A stretch of 64,000 nt of DNA from a virus. Shown piece by piece: positions 25,201 to 30,954 of this stretch. Positions within the stretch are counted from its first letter, which is position 1. Each line of letters opens with the position of its first letter. The translations under genes and the position numbers were made by a program. The stretch lies in the IMG/VR virus record IMGVR_UViG_3300023184_003237, positions 4,746 through 68,745 of that record. One strand, written 5' to 3'. Under the pieces are notes generated by a model that was not told the origin of the DNA, did no database searches, and worked only from the letters and a program-made list of their open reading frames with translations.

Positions 25201-28200
25201 TTGTATCAATGTATTATAAGCAATAATGATCCTGAATTTATATTTGGCAAATGGGAATTGTTAGATTCGGGAAATAATAAATTAAATGCATTAGACAGAA
25301 TAATAGGTTATTATGATCCAACTGTTAACATGCCGGGAGTAGATTTAACTCAATTGGTAACTGGGATAACTTATCCTAACGCAACATATTTGGGCAATGC
25401 ATTTGCCCCAGCAGATGAATATCCACTTGATACTATATTAATAGATAAACCATTCTATGTTACAGGATTAAATCTAAAAGCAGTTGTTTGGAACGGTACA
25501 AACTATGTAAGTGCAGCAGACACTAGTGATAATTCATCAATAAACTTAAGTCCAACTAGTAGAATTTGGGAAATTACTCAATTATCAAATAGTACACTTA
25601 ATATTACTGACATGTTGTACACAGGTACAAATTATGTTATGACTTGCAACAATAGTGCAACTCCTGTACTATCAAGTACAGACGGTATAAATTGGAGTAC
25701 TATTACTTCATATAACACATTAAGCGTACTTAACGATACTATACCATTATTAATGAATAGTGTTACGTATAATAATGGATTATATGTTGCTGTAGGAAAT
25801 AATATCATTACTTCAGTGGGATTAGCAAGTTGGACTGAAACCTATAGATTTACAAATCCTGAATTTACTAGCGTACTTAATGGAGTAACTCATGTAAACA
25901 CGAGTGGATTTACTGGGTTTATTGCAGTCGGATTAGGACAACAAATTGTCAACGCACTTACAGCAAATGTAGGAATAATATTTACTAGTAGAGATGGAAT
26001 TGTTTGGAATCAAATATCATTTAATGATACAATATATGGATTCAACTCAATTGCATCAAACGGTTACACTATTGTAGCAGTAGGTAACAATGGTATAATA
26101 TATACTAGTTTTAATGCTACCAATTGGTCACAGGCAAGTTCAACTGGGAATGACAATTTAAACAATATCATATGGGATAGTGTCAATAATAGATTTGTTA
26201 TAGTAGGTGACAACGGAGTTATAAAAACAGGATCATCAGACGGGGTAACATGGACTACTCAAACATCAGGGGTAACATCAAGTTTACAAAGTGTGTTATG
26301 GAATAATACAAATAGTGAATATGTAGTTGTTGGATTAGACAACACTGTGCTGCATAGCACAAATGTGACAACCTGGACAAACTATGCTAAATTTGTAACT
26401 CCTGAAAGTATATATACTGTTCAAGGTGATACTTTCACTGCTGGGTATGGTCCTGAAGAAATGGTGCCGGGTATAGTATCTGATACTATCACAATGATTA
26501 CTAATACTCGTCCGGGTACTAACTGGGATGAAACTATCTACCAACATGTTGGCTATAACGTAGTTTCGTTAGAATTGACTCCTGCTGCAGGTGATCAAAC
26601 TGATTATAGTTTTCTTAATGCAGCAATTGTTCCTGCACAAATAAGTGTATTTGTAATTGATTATTCAACTGGGTTAAGCACCACATTGTATGTAGGTAAC
26701 GATTATACTGTTAACTGGATTGATAAAATAGTAACATTGAATAATTCTATTAATTATATTAATCCGGGCACAGATAAATTAAGAATTGATGTATATGAAG
26801 TTGGCAATGGAGATCAATTAGTAAAATCAAACACAGATGCTAATCCTATTAGATTAAATGAAACAACTGGGTTTAATGAGATTTATCTTAATGCAAATTA
26901 TACCGCCGGCATATATCAAGGATCCGGCATAATTAGGCCTACTACTGTTCCACTATATGCTATTGCTAGTTCAACTAATGCCTCATCTGACGCTATCACC
27001 TGCGATAGTGTTAAAAACTTTGTATTAAATGGTCCAATATCATTCAGTGGTACTGTGTTTGGTAATATTGTAGAAGATCAAGTGTATTATGTAAAATCTA
27101 TTAGTGGAGCTACAAATAGAATCACTGTCTCACTTACAGTTAATGGTGAAACTTTTGCATTGTCAGATGCTACTGGATATATGGATGCCATTATACAAGT
27201 TGGCACTGGTATTACATGGTCGCCGCCGGCTGTATATCACAATGGTTCTTTGTTGTCATTGGGTACTACAAGTGTAGTTACTAGAACACGAGAAATCACT
27301 AATACTATAACAACTATATCAACTGGAAGTTTAGTTCTAAATCAACCAATTGTGTTTAGTGACACTATGTTTGGCGATATAATTGTACCTCAACAAGTAT
27401 ATTATGTAAAAACAATATATGATACAAATGAGTTTACTATATCATTAACACCCGGCGGTTCTACTTTAGAATTAACTAATGCTACCGGTGGTGCTACACT
27501 AATTACAAACGATTATTCAATTATTTTAGCAAATAACGGGATTAATGCATCAATTGTATTTGCAGCAGCATATGATGCTACAGTAGACTATCTAGCATAT
27601 ACTATGCTTGGAGAAACTTACCCAATACAGTATGGTTATACATTGCCTGAAATACAAACATTTACCGGTGGCAGCGGAGCAGCATCTTTTACTCTAACAA
27701 ATTATATAGGTGGAGATAATCCAACCAACGCTATTGTAGAAGTTAACGGAATAAGACAAAATGATTCAGCATACACAATAAGTTCTATAACCAATAAAAT
27801 AATATTTAATTCACCGCCGGCAGATGGAGATACTATTGCTGTAACCTCATATAACTTAACTGAACGTCAATATTTTAATACACAATATAATATTACAGGA
27901 TCAGGGGTAGGCACCGCAAGTATTACTATTAGTAATACTACTGCAACTGGTATACCATTTGATTATGGTATACTTGCAGGAAGTTTTGTTGTTGGACAAC
28001 GCTATACTATACAATCACTTAACAATAATGCATATCCAACCCCTGGTGCAAACACAAACTTCACTTTAATTGGGGCATCTTCAAATACCGTAGGTGTATC
28101 GTTTACTGCAACTGGTGTAGGAACTGGAACTGGATCTGCTATTATAGCCGGTGATGGATTTGATGCGAATGTCCAAACAGTTGGTTCATTTGTTGTAGGG

Positions 28201-30138
28201 CAACCATATACTATTGTTACTTTGGGCACCACTACAAATACTCAATGGAATACTATTGCAGGAACTTCTGCAATAACATATTCTGTTGGTAGCACATTTA
28301 CTTGCGCTAACATAGGAACTGGATATGGAACCGGAACAGCATACACAGTGGGATTGTTTAGTCAGTCATTGTATTACTTAACATTAGCATCAGGCACAAC
28401 TAGTGGGTTAGTTGTTAATACTTCTATAGTTTTTGAAAATGTTATTGGTGGTATAGTTGCTGGACAAACTTATTACATAACACAAATATTAGACTCTACT
28501 AAATTTGTTATCTCTACTCAAGTAGGCGGTCTACCATTAGAAGTTACAACCGCTAGCGGATCAATGACCAGCGTTGTAGGCGGGCTAACTGTTTCTAATA
28601 TTGTTGGAATAGATAACGCTATTAGTAATCCAGTAGCAATTAATGTATCCGGTACTATTTCTTCTAACAACTCAATAATATGTAATTCCACTAGTGGTTT
28701 AACAATTGGGCAAGATATAATATTTAAGTCTGCTATTTTTACTGTTAATGCATCATTGGTGAGTGGATATCAATATGAAATTATTACATTGGGCAACACT
28801 ACTCAATTGCAATGGAACACTGCTGCAGGAACCACCGGAGTAGATTATGCAGTGGGTGATGTATTTACTGCATCGACCACCGGTGGAGGAGTGGGTACCG
28901 GAACAGTATTATTAGTAAACTTAGGCGGTATAAGCACACTTGGACAAGTTTATTTTGTTAGAGAAAAACTAGACTCTACTCATTTTACTATAGAAGATCA
29001 ATATGGTGCATTAATTACTCTAACTAATACTTCTGGTAATGACTTGTATGCTTATAGTGGTGGACTAGTAGCAGTTAGAGTTATCACTGGAATTGATAAT
29101 AATTTATCAGAAAATGCGCTTGTTCGTATTGATGGTGTAAAGGGATCAACTCAGTTAAACAACAATACATATTACGCCAAGATAATAAGTAATACTGAAT
29201 TTGATTTGTATACAGAACCATATAATCCTGCATATGGAGTAATTAATCATCCTGTTACTAATGTATCTTCATATGTGTCTGGTGGTTATGTATGGTTGGA
29301 TCAATTGTTTACAATTGACTCATATTTTCAACAAGAAAATGTTGATAGATTGTGGGTAACAGTAAATGGATATAGAGTCCCATCTTCATCATTAAGAATG
29401 AATCAAGATAATAATTTAAGTATTTTAACAACTATTCAAACTGGAGATGTAGTTATTATAACTAGTATGATACCAACGGCTACCCCAAATGAAGAAACTT
29501 ATTTATTAAATGTAACAACAAGTAATCAACCGTCGGTTTATAGAGCAAACTCACAGACTAGAACCTGGTTAACAAAACCATTGGAAAATACTGATAGTAT
29601 AATTTACTTAAATGATGTAACTAATATTACTCATAATGTTGTACAAAATGTCACTTGTCCTGTCGCGGTTGACGGAGTTTACAATATTGGATTAACGTCA
29701 AATAAAAAGGCACTGTGTCACGTAGTAGTTTACAATAATACCACTACAACTCTTGTAGACCCTACCAATTATTCAATAGTTATTGAAGATACTGCTCCAA
29801 TCTTGCAAATTTCTGCACAAGTTTCTGCGGGAAATTCCTTGACTCTTACTTCAGTTGAAGGTAGATTGTTATATGTTAACGGTGAGCAAATTGGATTTAG
29901 AGAATGTGATTTGTCTAATAATACTGTAACTAATTTAACTCGAGGTGCAAACGGAACCGGGGCGCAAACTTATATTCCATTGTATACTGAAGTATACGGA
30001 TTGATACCTAGTAATCGTATGACTGACGTATTATATTCTCAGGGATGGAATTCTTATGTCTACAATCCAGTTGACGGCGACCCATTACAGATTAGCGATA
30101 CATTGGGAGCAGGTTTCTTGAGAACGGATATAACTTAA
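10243..30138 (+). CDS. Giant (6631 aa) multidomain virion/baseplate protein (gp7-like position) with beta-propellers and repeated beta modules
   Basis: Uninterrupted 19.9-kb ORF after gp6, with N-terminus TLNFLPEIFKT and a YINEVKPYH motif. It has 7 FG-GAP-like blades, 7 Asp-box-like blades, about 13 'F.GT.FGGI...YYV' repeats and 6 'G..Y.I..LGTT.W' repeats. It is Thr/Ser/Asn-rich. Confidence 0.75.
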   Translation: MATRIRTLNFLPEIFKTPTNSQFLQATLDQLTAEPNTKKIQGYVGSKFGYGVNANDYYVTEPTKVRTDYQLEPGVAFLKENDTTAQDFISYPGIVDALKVEGGLTENNNRLFNSEFYSWDSFTNLDKIINFNEYYWLPTGPERVVVATDIVYNTSDYVVQSVSNEYLISSQTSTIASINPTLTLLRGGTYTFSVNQNSQFWIQGEPGVTGYSPTQNNVQTRDVLGVTNNGAETGVVTFTVPQQDAYNEYNFPLGPTVGVVSNLPFSEVEGALVSSIGGIDGVTALDGLTVMFYDTGIPNEAGFVQTFFSETEYDTNHNVIVEPLTITATATAASAIITFDGNTNTYYNVVTCNSTLDLIEGQTITFTGTEFGGLTAYSTTTGPCIYTVTAIPSPTQFTIAIPGSSNTPGGVPLLSLTAATGTMIGNINEGLYEEGIYTPVNSTLYTITLLGGIDNPQIKLLPSGTIPTNKKIIPIYGTEYVNKNFYRSPAGYVSLIPYNSAILDRLYYQDGSSPNKVGIIKIIDSNVTNSLNILTQVLGKTNYTSPNGVVFTNGLKVLFQGSIYPESYNNVEYYVEGVGTAIELIPVTTLVTPGLFSEGTYIPYDTLPYDIGNYDITLNIPVEPDYITIARNAINKNAWSRSNRWFHKDVINATALYNNTPELITQLETLNSKAKRPIIEFYPNLRLFNSGVYGKAPVDFIDTRTKDAFSQVAGQPNYYPDVAGWTTYNAIIAPVLGAITTKTATATSGLTNQITLNNTTGLHVNDTIVFGGTVFGGIVSGTKYYITSIIGSDITISAINQGTVFSLTSGSGTMTTSIYPYSTTITIPTADISGLFEVGQYITDSTQLLPSVTFITDITKVSTDTIITVSWYDQSIITATSVASVVTADTSLDNYALFDGSRIIFANDDTLSVRNKIYVSHFATITGSSVPVITLTEATDGEVLIDEQTAVYRGYNNKGKDFYFDGAIWIIGQQKTTINQAPKFDIFDKNDISLGNNEYYFSTSFTGCTLFSYGIGTGLNDTVLGFPLRYSSVDNVGDISFDVTLNSQTFNYVDGITPKTQKVNTGYVYNYIDRTTHVRELGWQTAVSPSVQYQVFDFTWETNQDTLFTCDIPAIYTISTKWPLVQVYINNRYLNDTEYTTVITDTSTVINIPVINAVETVIQVLILSDQVSQTAYYQTPINLNNNPLNEDITTANIGDIRGQYQSIFYNNPNTVGQVFGSNNYRDLGNLVPWGNRIIQNSASLVLPGTFLRKQNHNLFNSLLFNNRQYITFKNLLVDTVNNTDYNYYMTASVMLDDALDKMNASHTDSDSFFWSDMLPQKAPYISNSYSFANSLDVSIYPLSRIYNYSTANYYGVLVYLIRNGVQTQLIKGVDYTISTDTPSLTITLDLLPNDQIIINEYNQTYGSFAPNTPTKLGLYPASIPGVVLDTAYFIPTYFILGHDGSYNKLYGDYNPETNKLVDFRDQVLLEYETRVYNNLKLSNVIPVQLYEVLPGFFRNTDYTYNEFLQIYSESFLNWIGQNRIDYKTQLFNPGNKFTYNYKNNGNKLNAEPIQQGYFRGLYLYYYDTSTPNATPWEMIGYDNQPSWWAGRYGPAPYTSDNLVLWGDLAAGEDWGTIDPVTGRGIVLPKFVRPGLLDVLPVDSSGNLLSPFLSILGDYDENTFRSDWQVGDVGPAEFSYRRSSSWPFDLMRILALTKPAEFFNLGVDVDNYKFNKEFNQYLVNDRSHLIVTDIPIYGLGTPATSYINWIVDFEKQVGVDATTNITTLLNNLDVRLVYRLAGFSDKTLLKFYVEKSSANSNNSSLLIPDESYSVLLYDNQPFDRIVYSGVVIQLVENGYKVYGNNQTNAYFKISVPKANGQYEKVQVEGQTVTIPTSFSTNTAVVPYGTVFYNAQEVAIFLISYGDYLQQQGVKFDQIENGIPVNWQQMISEFLYWNQIGWEIGNITTINPAANIFSFDKDSYIIQPLTFRQLNFVLNQNLYPIQSIDLSIVRDGTLFTAAPANAGDTIAYGQFNVSNIEHGIVFDNVTLFNDIIYNLVTGLRQNRIYLRGTKTADWNGTLDAAGFILNQDNIQEWNREIKYTKGSIVKYKNKYWTALTIIQAKDLFDERDWKQTDYNEIQKGLLPNSQTRSYESTLYYDINNANLENDADLLSFGLIGYRPRDYMALADLTDITQVNVYQNLIKEKGTLNAVSAFKGATLAQGGIEYDVYENWAIKSGEFGGILNNNFVEFKLKQSSLTGNPSIVGLTNGTYNTDGVQQEVPLYSITNYGRQVNSPNILPTISPSQPSTLFPTAGYVNFNDVKMASYFYSGLPLAINSVGTVIPINQFYVRDYVWLANYLSEWQVYTPASLGTVVNATNNLNNTVTITFSNAHNLTKYQLFAIVNFDANINNYYLVAAVVDPFSVLVNLSLDPSIRSVTGNGIGFKMQSQRVATAPEIQNLPLLDNEFNKLKVWVDTNNDGGWAVFRKSLNYQYNKEILKANSQTFGSAVAYTTDMGYLIGDADAGEVYRYKYDTFTDAYLLNQTIAHGASFGSNISYADDLFIISEPTGAKNVYVYQLINTLLVNRVDLYQTIPAPLGVTNWGSSTTLSGDKNWLYISDIDNNSVHVWRKSVVTDLYEASYIIDGDVLGLTTPYNAITYPHYDKFGYSISTDYYGDTVVIGTPFKNYDVATENYGYTYVFDRIVQTFEAQSTIQQYIPLQFGLTWTPTPNVKTATVISSNAITLDNVTGLHDGAAGTPMVFTGTVFGGISLNQVYYVKSIVDSTHITLSLTRDGTVLALTNSSGSMSVVAQTSPLYVSVNGTLIEDNTYAVIGSNLYAYSNSNTPLINAGDIISISGNNFVLAQTLTNGLTPRVGVEFGTSVDTNKFANEILVGAPFELNSKNYEGAVHRFTNGGESYGIIIGTNDCNITMDRTILLNGFNVTLPAGDATTASSTINLANITNITSTALNGKLIIQLININLSNPNNKLTLVALDSATYEEMGISIFTETQVINSPHLQGRTQFGTTVKFDKSNSGSFIASAPVGTRYSATTFDFTDDELDNDTVFDNNATQWVDTFTNAGAVYMFDYLSTYNENLTAPGKFVYAQSTNAKDLDYGSQPYYGTALDFNSNRVTIGTPNFSPNIVANDTNGQVVTYVSTSGTPDWTVYRSTSDIVDVNGIGPIQLYSASTNETLINLDYFDPLQGKLLGAVQENIDVISNVDPAGYNSPGYTEGNLVWGADKIGTLWFNTTNSRFMNYHQNDVSYNSQWWGRVFPGSDVSVYSWVTSNVPPYQYAGPGIPYDIANYSVSGVVNAEGLVVPVYYFWARNTNIVFTQRDKTLADSTLQLYIANPLGTGISYFSPLLPNVFGLYNCSDYINANDTTLHLGYATGTNDDVAHNQYSLIRANYADDFLPGFPGSGAAYQYHGAVGITQPAGLYNRMLDSMCGVDNFGSVVPNPLLPKLVQTGVLARPRQGFFYNRFGALQNYLQYANTVLAQFPIIEIRNPQFLYRVNPTTYATINASNFNIGKVYTIETIGTTDFTSIGATSNTVGVVFTATGLGTGTGTATILTFLEGTEFDTTKYWTYINWWATGYNNNTKSSLQVPLYADLATLTVAAGTIVKVASNSAGNGETYILEATGTWTRIGLDNGTIAFSSYLWDYPAARIGFGDNFFDTNLYDEYPSEETRYIVRALNEEIYTNELLIFRNNSLILLFEYIQSETIENQNYLPWLNKTSLMDVTHTIRELIPLEVFRSDNQDFLAGYINEVKPYHVVIKEFLFKYTRTDIFEGDITDFDLPSEYHTDVQQFITPELVYANPTGDTEYLPINPIWQTAPYSQWFNNYGLSIVGENNYPITKLASYASLSSSSIYVDNVSGFPVTGTILIGTEEIEYSDLNLATNQLLGLLRGANTTKIQQHIPGAQIFINLPPVLVLNSGRGYSEPPRVTAYIDTTIYPAPRVAAQLEPIMALDSVIGVNVINPGEGYAVLPTIQIDPAFIVTANSSQVNIINDTIEINAPLLQTGDLVIYYPEVGSTAIGGLVVGQKYYVGVLETTPSTIIALYDTYFTLLNDHDRVPLSSTGTGTQTLRAGAVASCITSSIPVRENSITLKFDRTSYTSQVTDWSPGGFYGSFYAGSYNDSIRESSSSILLPLTQETASEPVRSMLASAHGIGFEILDVENKQTLTWSSRTRNTVQTYDNTTPYPDTVRINPSPGGSPVDGVLGSTLGFYVGMPVYFSGSGVPSGSPIVPNTTYYVKSLVRLPNAAITSANLIIGQHYIIEYLGTTDWNNVVGTTGVSYSVGNAIVVANITVGTGRATPVTTSSVLEIGNSYLIVSLGTTNWNTVAGTTGVSYTVGNTIVVKSTASGTGLASIMQDTGFTMSSTVNNGIPGSTLPLTSATINATGLILNVGELTNIALLTINYDGIRTATATAKNTNVITAPLIVTGQGGTKSFYPGLPIFFTGTVFGGIAENQTYYVTTVIDLQNFTISTSNDALMLTAIETSATGYKITTSSTSNLSINEPVIFTGTTFGGIVAGTTYYVRQIFSNTTFSISTAINGSAFTLTNATGSCTVTSQLNTVSLTTATGTMTLNVGLPVSPGQINGQEFTLYDTSKSYPGVSGTVSNLINRKISATLNTVNRICLTNKSGGITNVYNNMKFNVASNIGGLTTSGGPYIVQSTGITTITVTNTSTTGNWLTLPVDSNPNTTDVLYVGMPLYFTGTALGGIVLDIVYYVHTIDSGPPVGTGRFTVADAIDSSSPVTLTTDNGSMTGTGEPYIAVSNTLSDATGSVTLTQVVNVTPTFNVSYILGGYSATVSSAGSGYAVNNTITISGTAVGGTHPANDLTLQISAIDSSGGVVSTIASGTPAGNNEQYYFKVYDVNQVEVYSNPNLTSAVSGENFPFNGVTSTTATSTESATDSITVTSSAEFIINDSVVFTGTVFGNIVLGQTYYILDKPTSTTVTISATPNGSTFALANSSGSMTMAKLGDYAFLPEPFFFSSSIVKYNKQLYQCIISNNDPEFIFGKWELLDSGNNKLNALDRIIGYYDPTVNMPGVDLTQLVTGITYPNATYLGNAFAPADEYPLDTILIDKPFYVTGLNLKAVVWNGTNYVSAADTSDNSSINLSPTSRIWEITQLSNSTLNITDMLYTGTNYVMTCNNSATPVLSSTDGINWSTITSYNTLSVLNDTIPLLMNSVTYNNGLYVAVGNNIITSVGLASWTETYRFTNPEFTSVLNGVTHVNTSGFTGFIAVGLGQQIVNALTANVGIIFTSRDGIVWNQISFNDTIYGFNSIASNGYTIVAVGNNGIIYTSFNATNWSQASSTGNDNLNNIIWDSVNNRFVIVGDNGVIKTGSSDGVTWTTQTSGVTSSLQSVLWNNTNSEYVVVGLDNTVLHSTNVTTWTNYAKFVTPESIYTVQGDTFTAGYGPEEMVPGIVSDTITMITNTRPGTNWDETIYQHVGYNVVSLELTPAAGDQTDYSFLNAAIVPAQISVFVIDYSTGLSTTLYVGNDYTVNWIDKIVTLNNSINYINPGTDKLRIDVYEVGNGDQLVKSNTDANPIRLNETTGFNEIYLNANYTAGIYQGSGIIRPTTVPLYAIASSTNASSDAITCDSVKNFVLNGPISFSGTVFGNIVEDQVYYVKSISGATNRITVSLTVNGETFALSDATGYMDAIIQVGTGITWSPPAVYHNGSLLSLGTTSVVTRTREITNTITTISTGSLVLNQPIVFSDTMFGDIIVPQQVYYVKTIYDTNEFTISLTPGGSTLELTNATGGATLITNDYSIILANNGINASIVFAAAYDATVDYLAYTMLGETYPIQYGYTLPEIQTFTGGSGAASFTLTNYIGGDNPTNAIVEVNGIRQNDSAYTISSITNKIIFNSPPADGDTIAVTSYNLTERQYFNTQYNITGSGVGTASITISNTTATGIPFDYGILAGSFVVGQRYTIQSLNNNAYPTPGANTNFTLIGASSNTVGVSFTATGVGTGTGSAIIAGDGFDANVQTVGSFVVGQPYTIVTLGTTTNTQWNTIAGTSAITYSVGSTFTCANIGTGYGTGTAYTVGLFSQSLYYLTLASGTTSGLVVNTSIVFENVIGGIVAGQTYYITQILDSTKFVISTQVGGLPLEVTTASGSMTSVVGGLTVSNIVGIDNAISNPVAINVSGTISSNNSIICNSTSGLTIGQDIIFKSAIFTVNASLVSGYQYEIITLGNTTQLQWNTAAGTTGVDYAVGDVFTASTTGGGVGTGTVLLVNLGGISTLGQVYFVREKLDSTHFTIEDQYGALITLTNTSGNDLYAYSGGLVAVRVITGIDNNLSENALVRIDGVKGSTQLNNNTYYAKIISNTEFDLYTEPYNPAYGVINHPVTNVSSYVSGGYVWLDQLFTIDSYFQQENVDRLWVTVNGYRVPSSSLRMNQDNNLSILTTIQTGDVVIITSMIPTATPNEETYLLNVTTSNQPSVYRANSQTRTWLTKPLENTDSIIYLNDVTNITHNVVQNVTCPVAVDGVYNIGLTSNKKALCHVVVYNNTTTTLVDPTNYSIVIEDTAPILQISAQVSAGNSLTLTSVEGRLLYVNGEQIGFRECDLSNNTVTNLTRGANGTGAQTYIPLYTEVYGLIPSNRMTDVLYSQGWNSYVYNPVDGDPLQISDTLGAGFLRTDIT

Positions 30139-30139
30139 A

Positions 30140-30147
30140 GATAAATA
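30140..30147 (+). promoter_or_regulatory. Putative late promoter GATAAATA
   Basis: Intergenic, 5 nt before the ATG at 30153. Confidence 0.5.
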
Positions 30148-30152
30148 AATAT

Positions 30153-30302
30153 ATGAACGAAAAACTGGAAGAAAATAAGGAACAACCTACTGCTCAGGAG
30201 AAAAAACCTAACGAACACGGGGGTTTTTATTTTTCTTCCGGCATAAAGATAACAGACCCAAATACTAAGGAAATCTTAGTACATAAAAGAGGCGATAATT
30301 AA
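30153..30302 (+). CDS. Small 49-aa protein missing from the ORF track (MNEKLEENKEQPTAQEKKPNEHGGFYFSSGIKITDPNTKEILVHKRGDN)
   Basis: Fills the gap exactly: ATG at 30153, TAA at 30300-30302, next ATG at 30303. Its C-terminal half resembles the N-terminus of the next gene. Confidence 0.75.
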   Translation: MNEKLEENKEQPTAQEKKPNEHGGFYFSSGIKITDPNTKEILVHKRGDN

Positions 30303-30923
30303 ATGTCAGTAATAACACTATCATACAAAGTAGAAGGATTTATTAAAATCCATGACCCTAACAACGGGGAAGTATTTGTAGACAAGAAAAATGCTATAAA
30401 TTACGAAACCATGTCTGAGGCCATTGCTGATACATTAAGTAGTCGCGGATACGGTGAAATCTATGAAATGGCGTTTGGTAACGGTGGTGCTAGTGTGTCA
30501 GATACTGGAGTTATCACCTATTTGCCGCCAAACGTAACTGGACAAAATGCAGCATTATATAATCAAACTTACGCTAAAATTGTTGATGATACTAGCGTGT
30601 TTAACTTAGATCCTACACGTAATAAGATGACGGTTACTCATACTACAGGAAAGTATTATACTGACATTTTGGTTCAATGTTTGCTAGATTATGGAGAACC
30701 ATCTGGCCAGGCAGCATTTGATAATAGTACACAAACTGATTCTAGTTATATTTTTGATGAGTTGGGTTTACTTGCTAATTATGGAACAGATAGTTCAGGA
30801 CAAATAATAACAAGATTATTGACCCATGTGATTTTTCACCCGGTCCAAAAGAGTTTAAATAGACAGATACAAATAGATTACACGGTTAGGATTCAAAGTC
30901 TGACTAACTTAGTAACAATTTAA
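30303..30923 (+). CDS. Putative virion structural protein (tail/baseplate associated)
   Basis: 206-aa ORF in the tail module with MAFGNGG...FDELGL...LLTHVIFHPVQKSLNR...DYT motifs, reminiscent of tail-collar/fibre-attachment proteins. Confidence 0.55.
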   Translation: MSVITLSYKVEGFIKIHDPNNGEVFVDKKNAINYETMSEAIADTLSSRGYGEIYEMAFGNGGASVSDTGVITYLPPNVTGQNAALYNQTYAKIVDDTSVFNLDPTRNKMTVTHTTGKYYTDILVQCLLDYGEPSGQAAFDNSTQTDSSYIFDELGLLANYGTDSSGQIITRLLTHVIFHPVQKSLNRQIQIDYTVRIQSLTNLVTI

Positions 30924-30931
30924 GATAAATA
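30924..30931 (+). promoter_or_regulatory. Putative late promoter GATAAATA
   Basis: Intergenic, followed by a GGAG Shine-Dalgarno and the ATG at 30955. Confidence 0.55.
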
Positions 30932-30954
30932 ACAGATATCGGAGTAATTTTAAA

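Noticed and set aside
10243-30138. Inteins, introns or mobile endonucleases explaining the giant ORF size
   Set aside because: No Hint (C...HN) or LAGLIDADG/HNH/GIY-YIG motifs were recognised. The length is accounted for by repeated structural modules.
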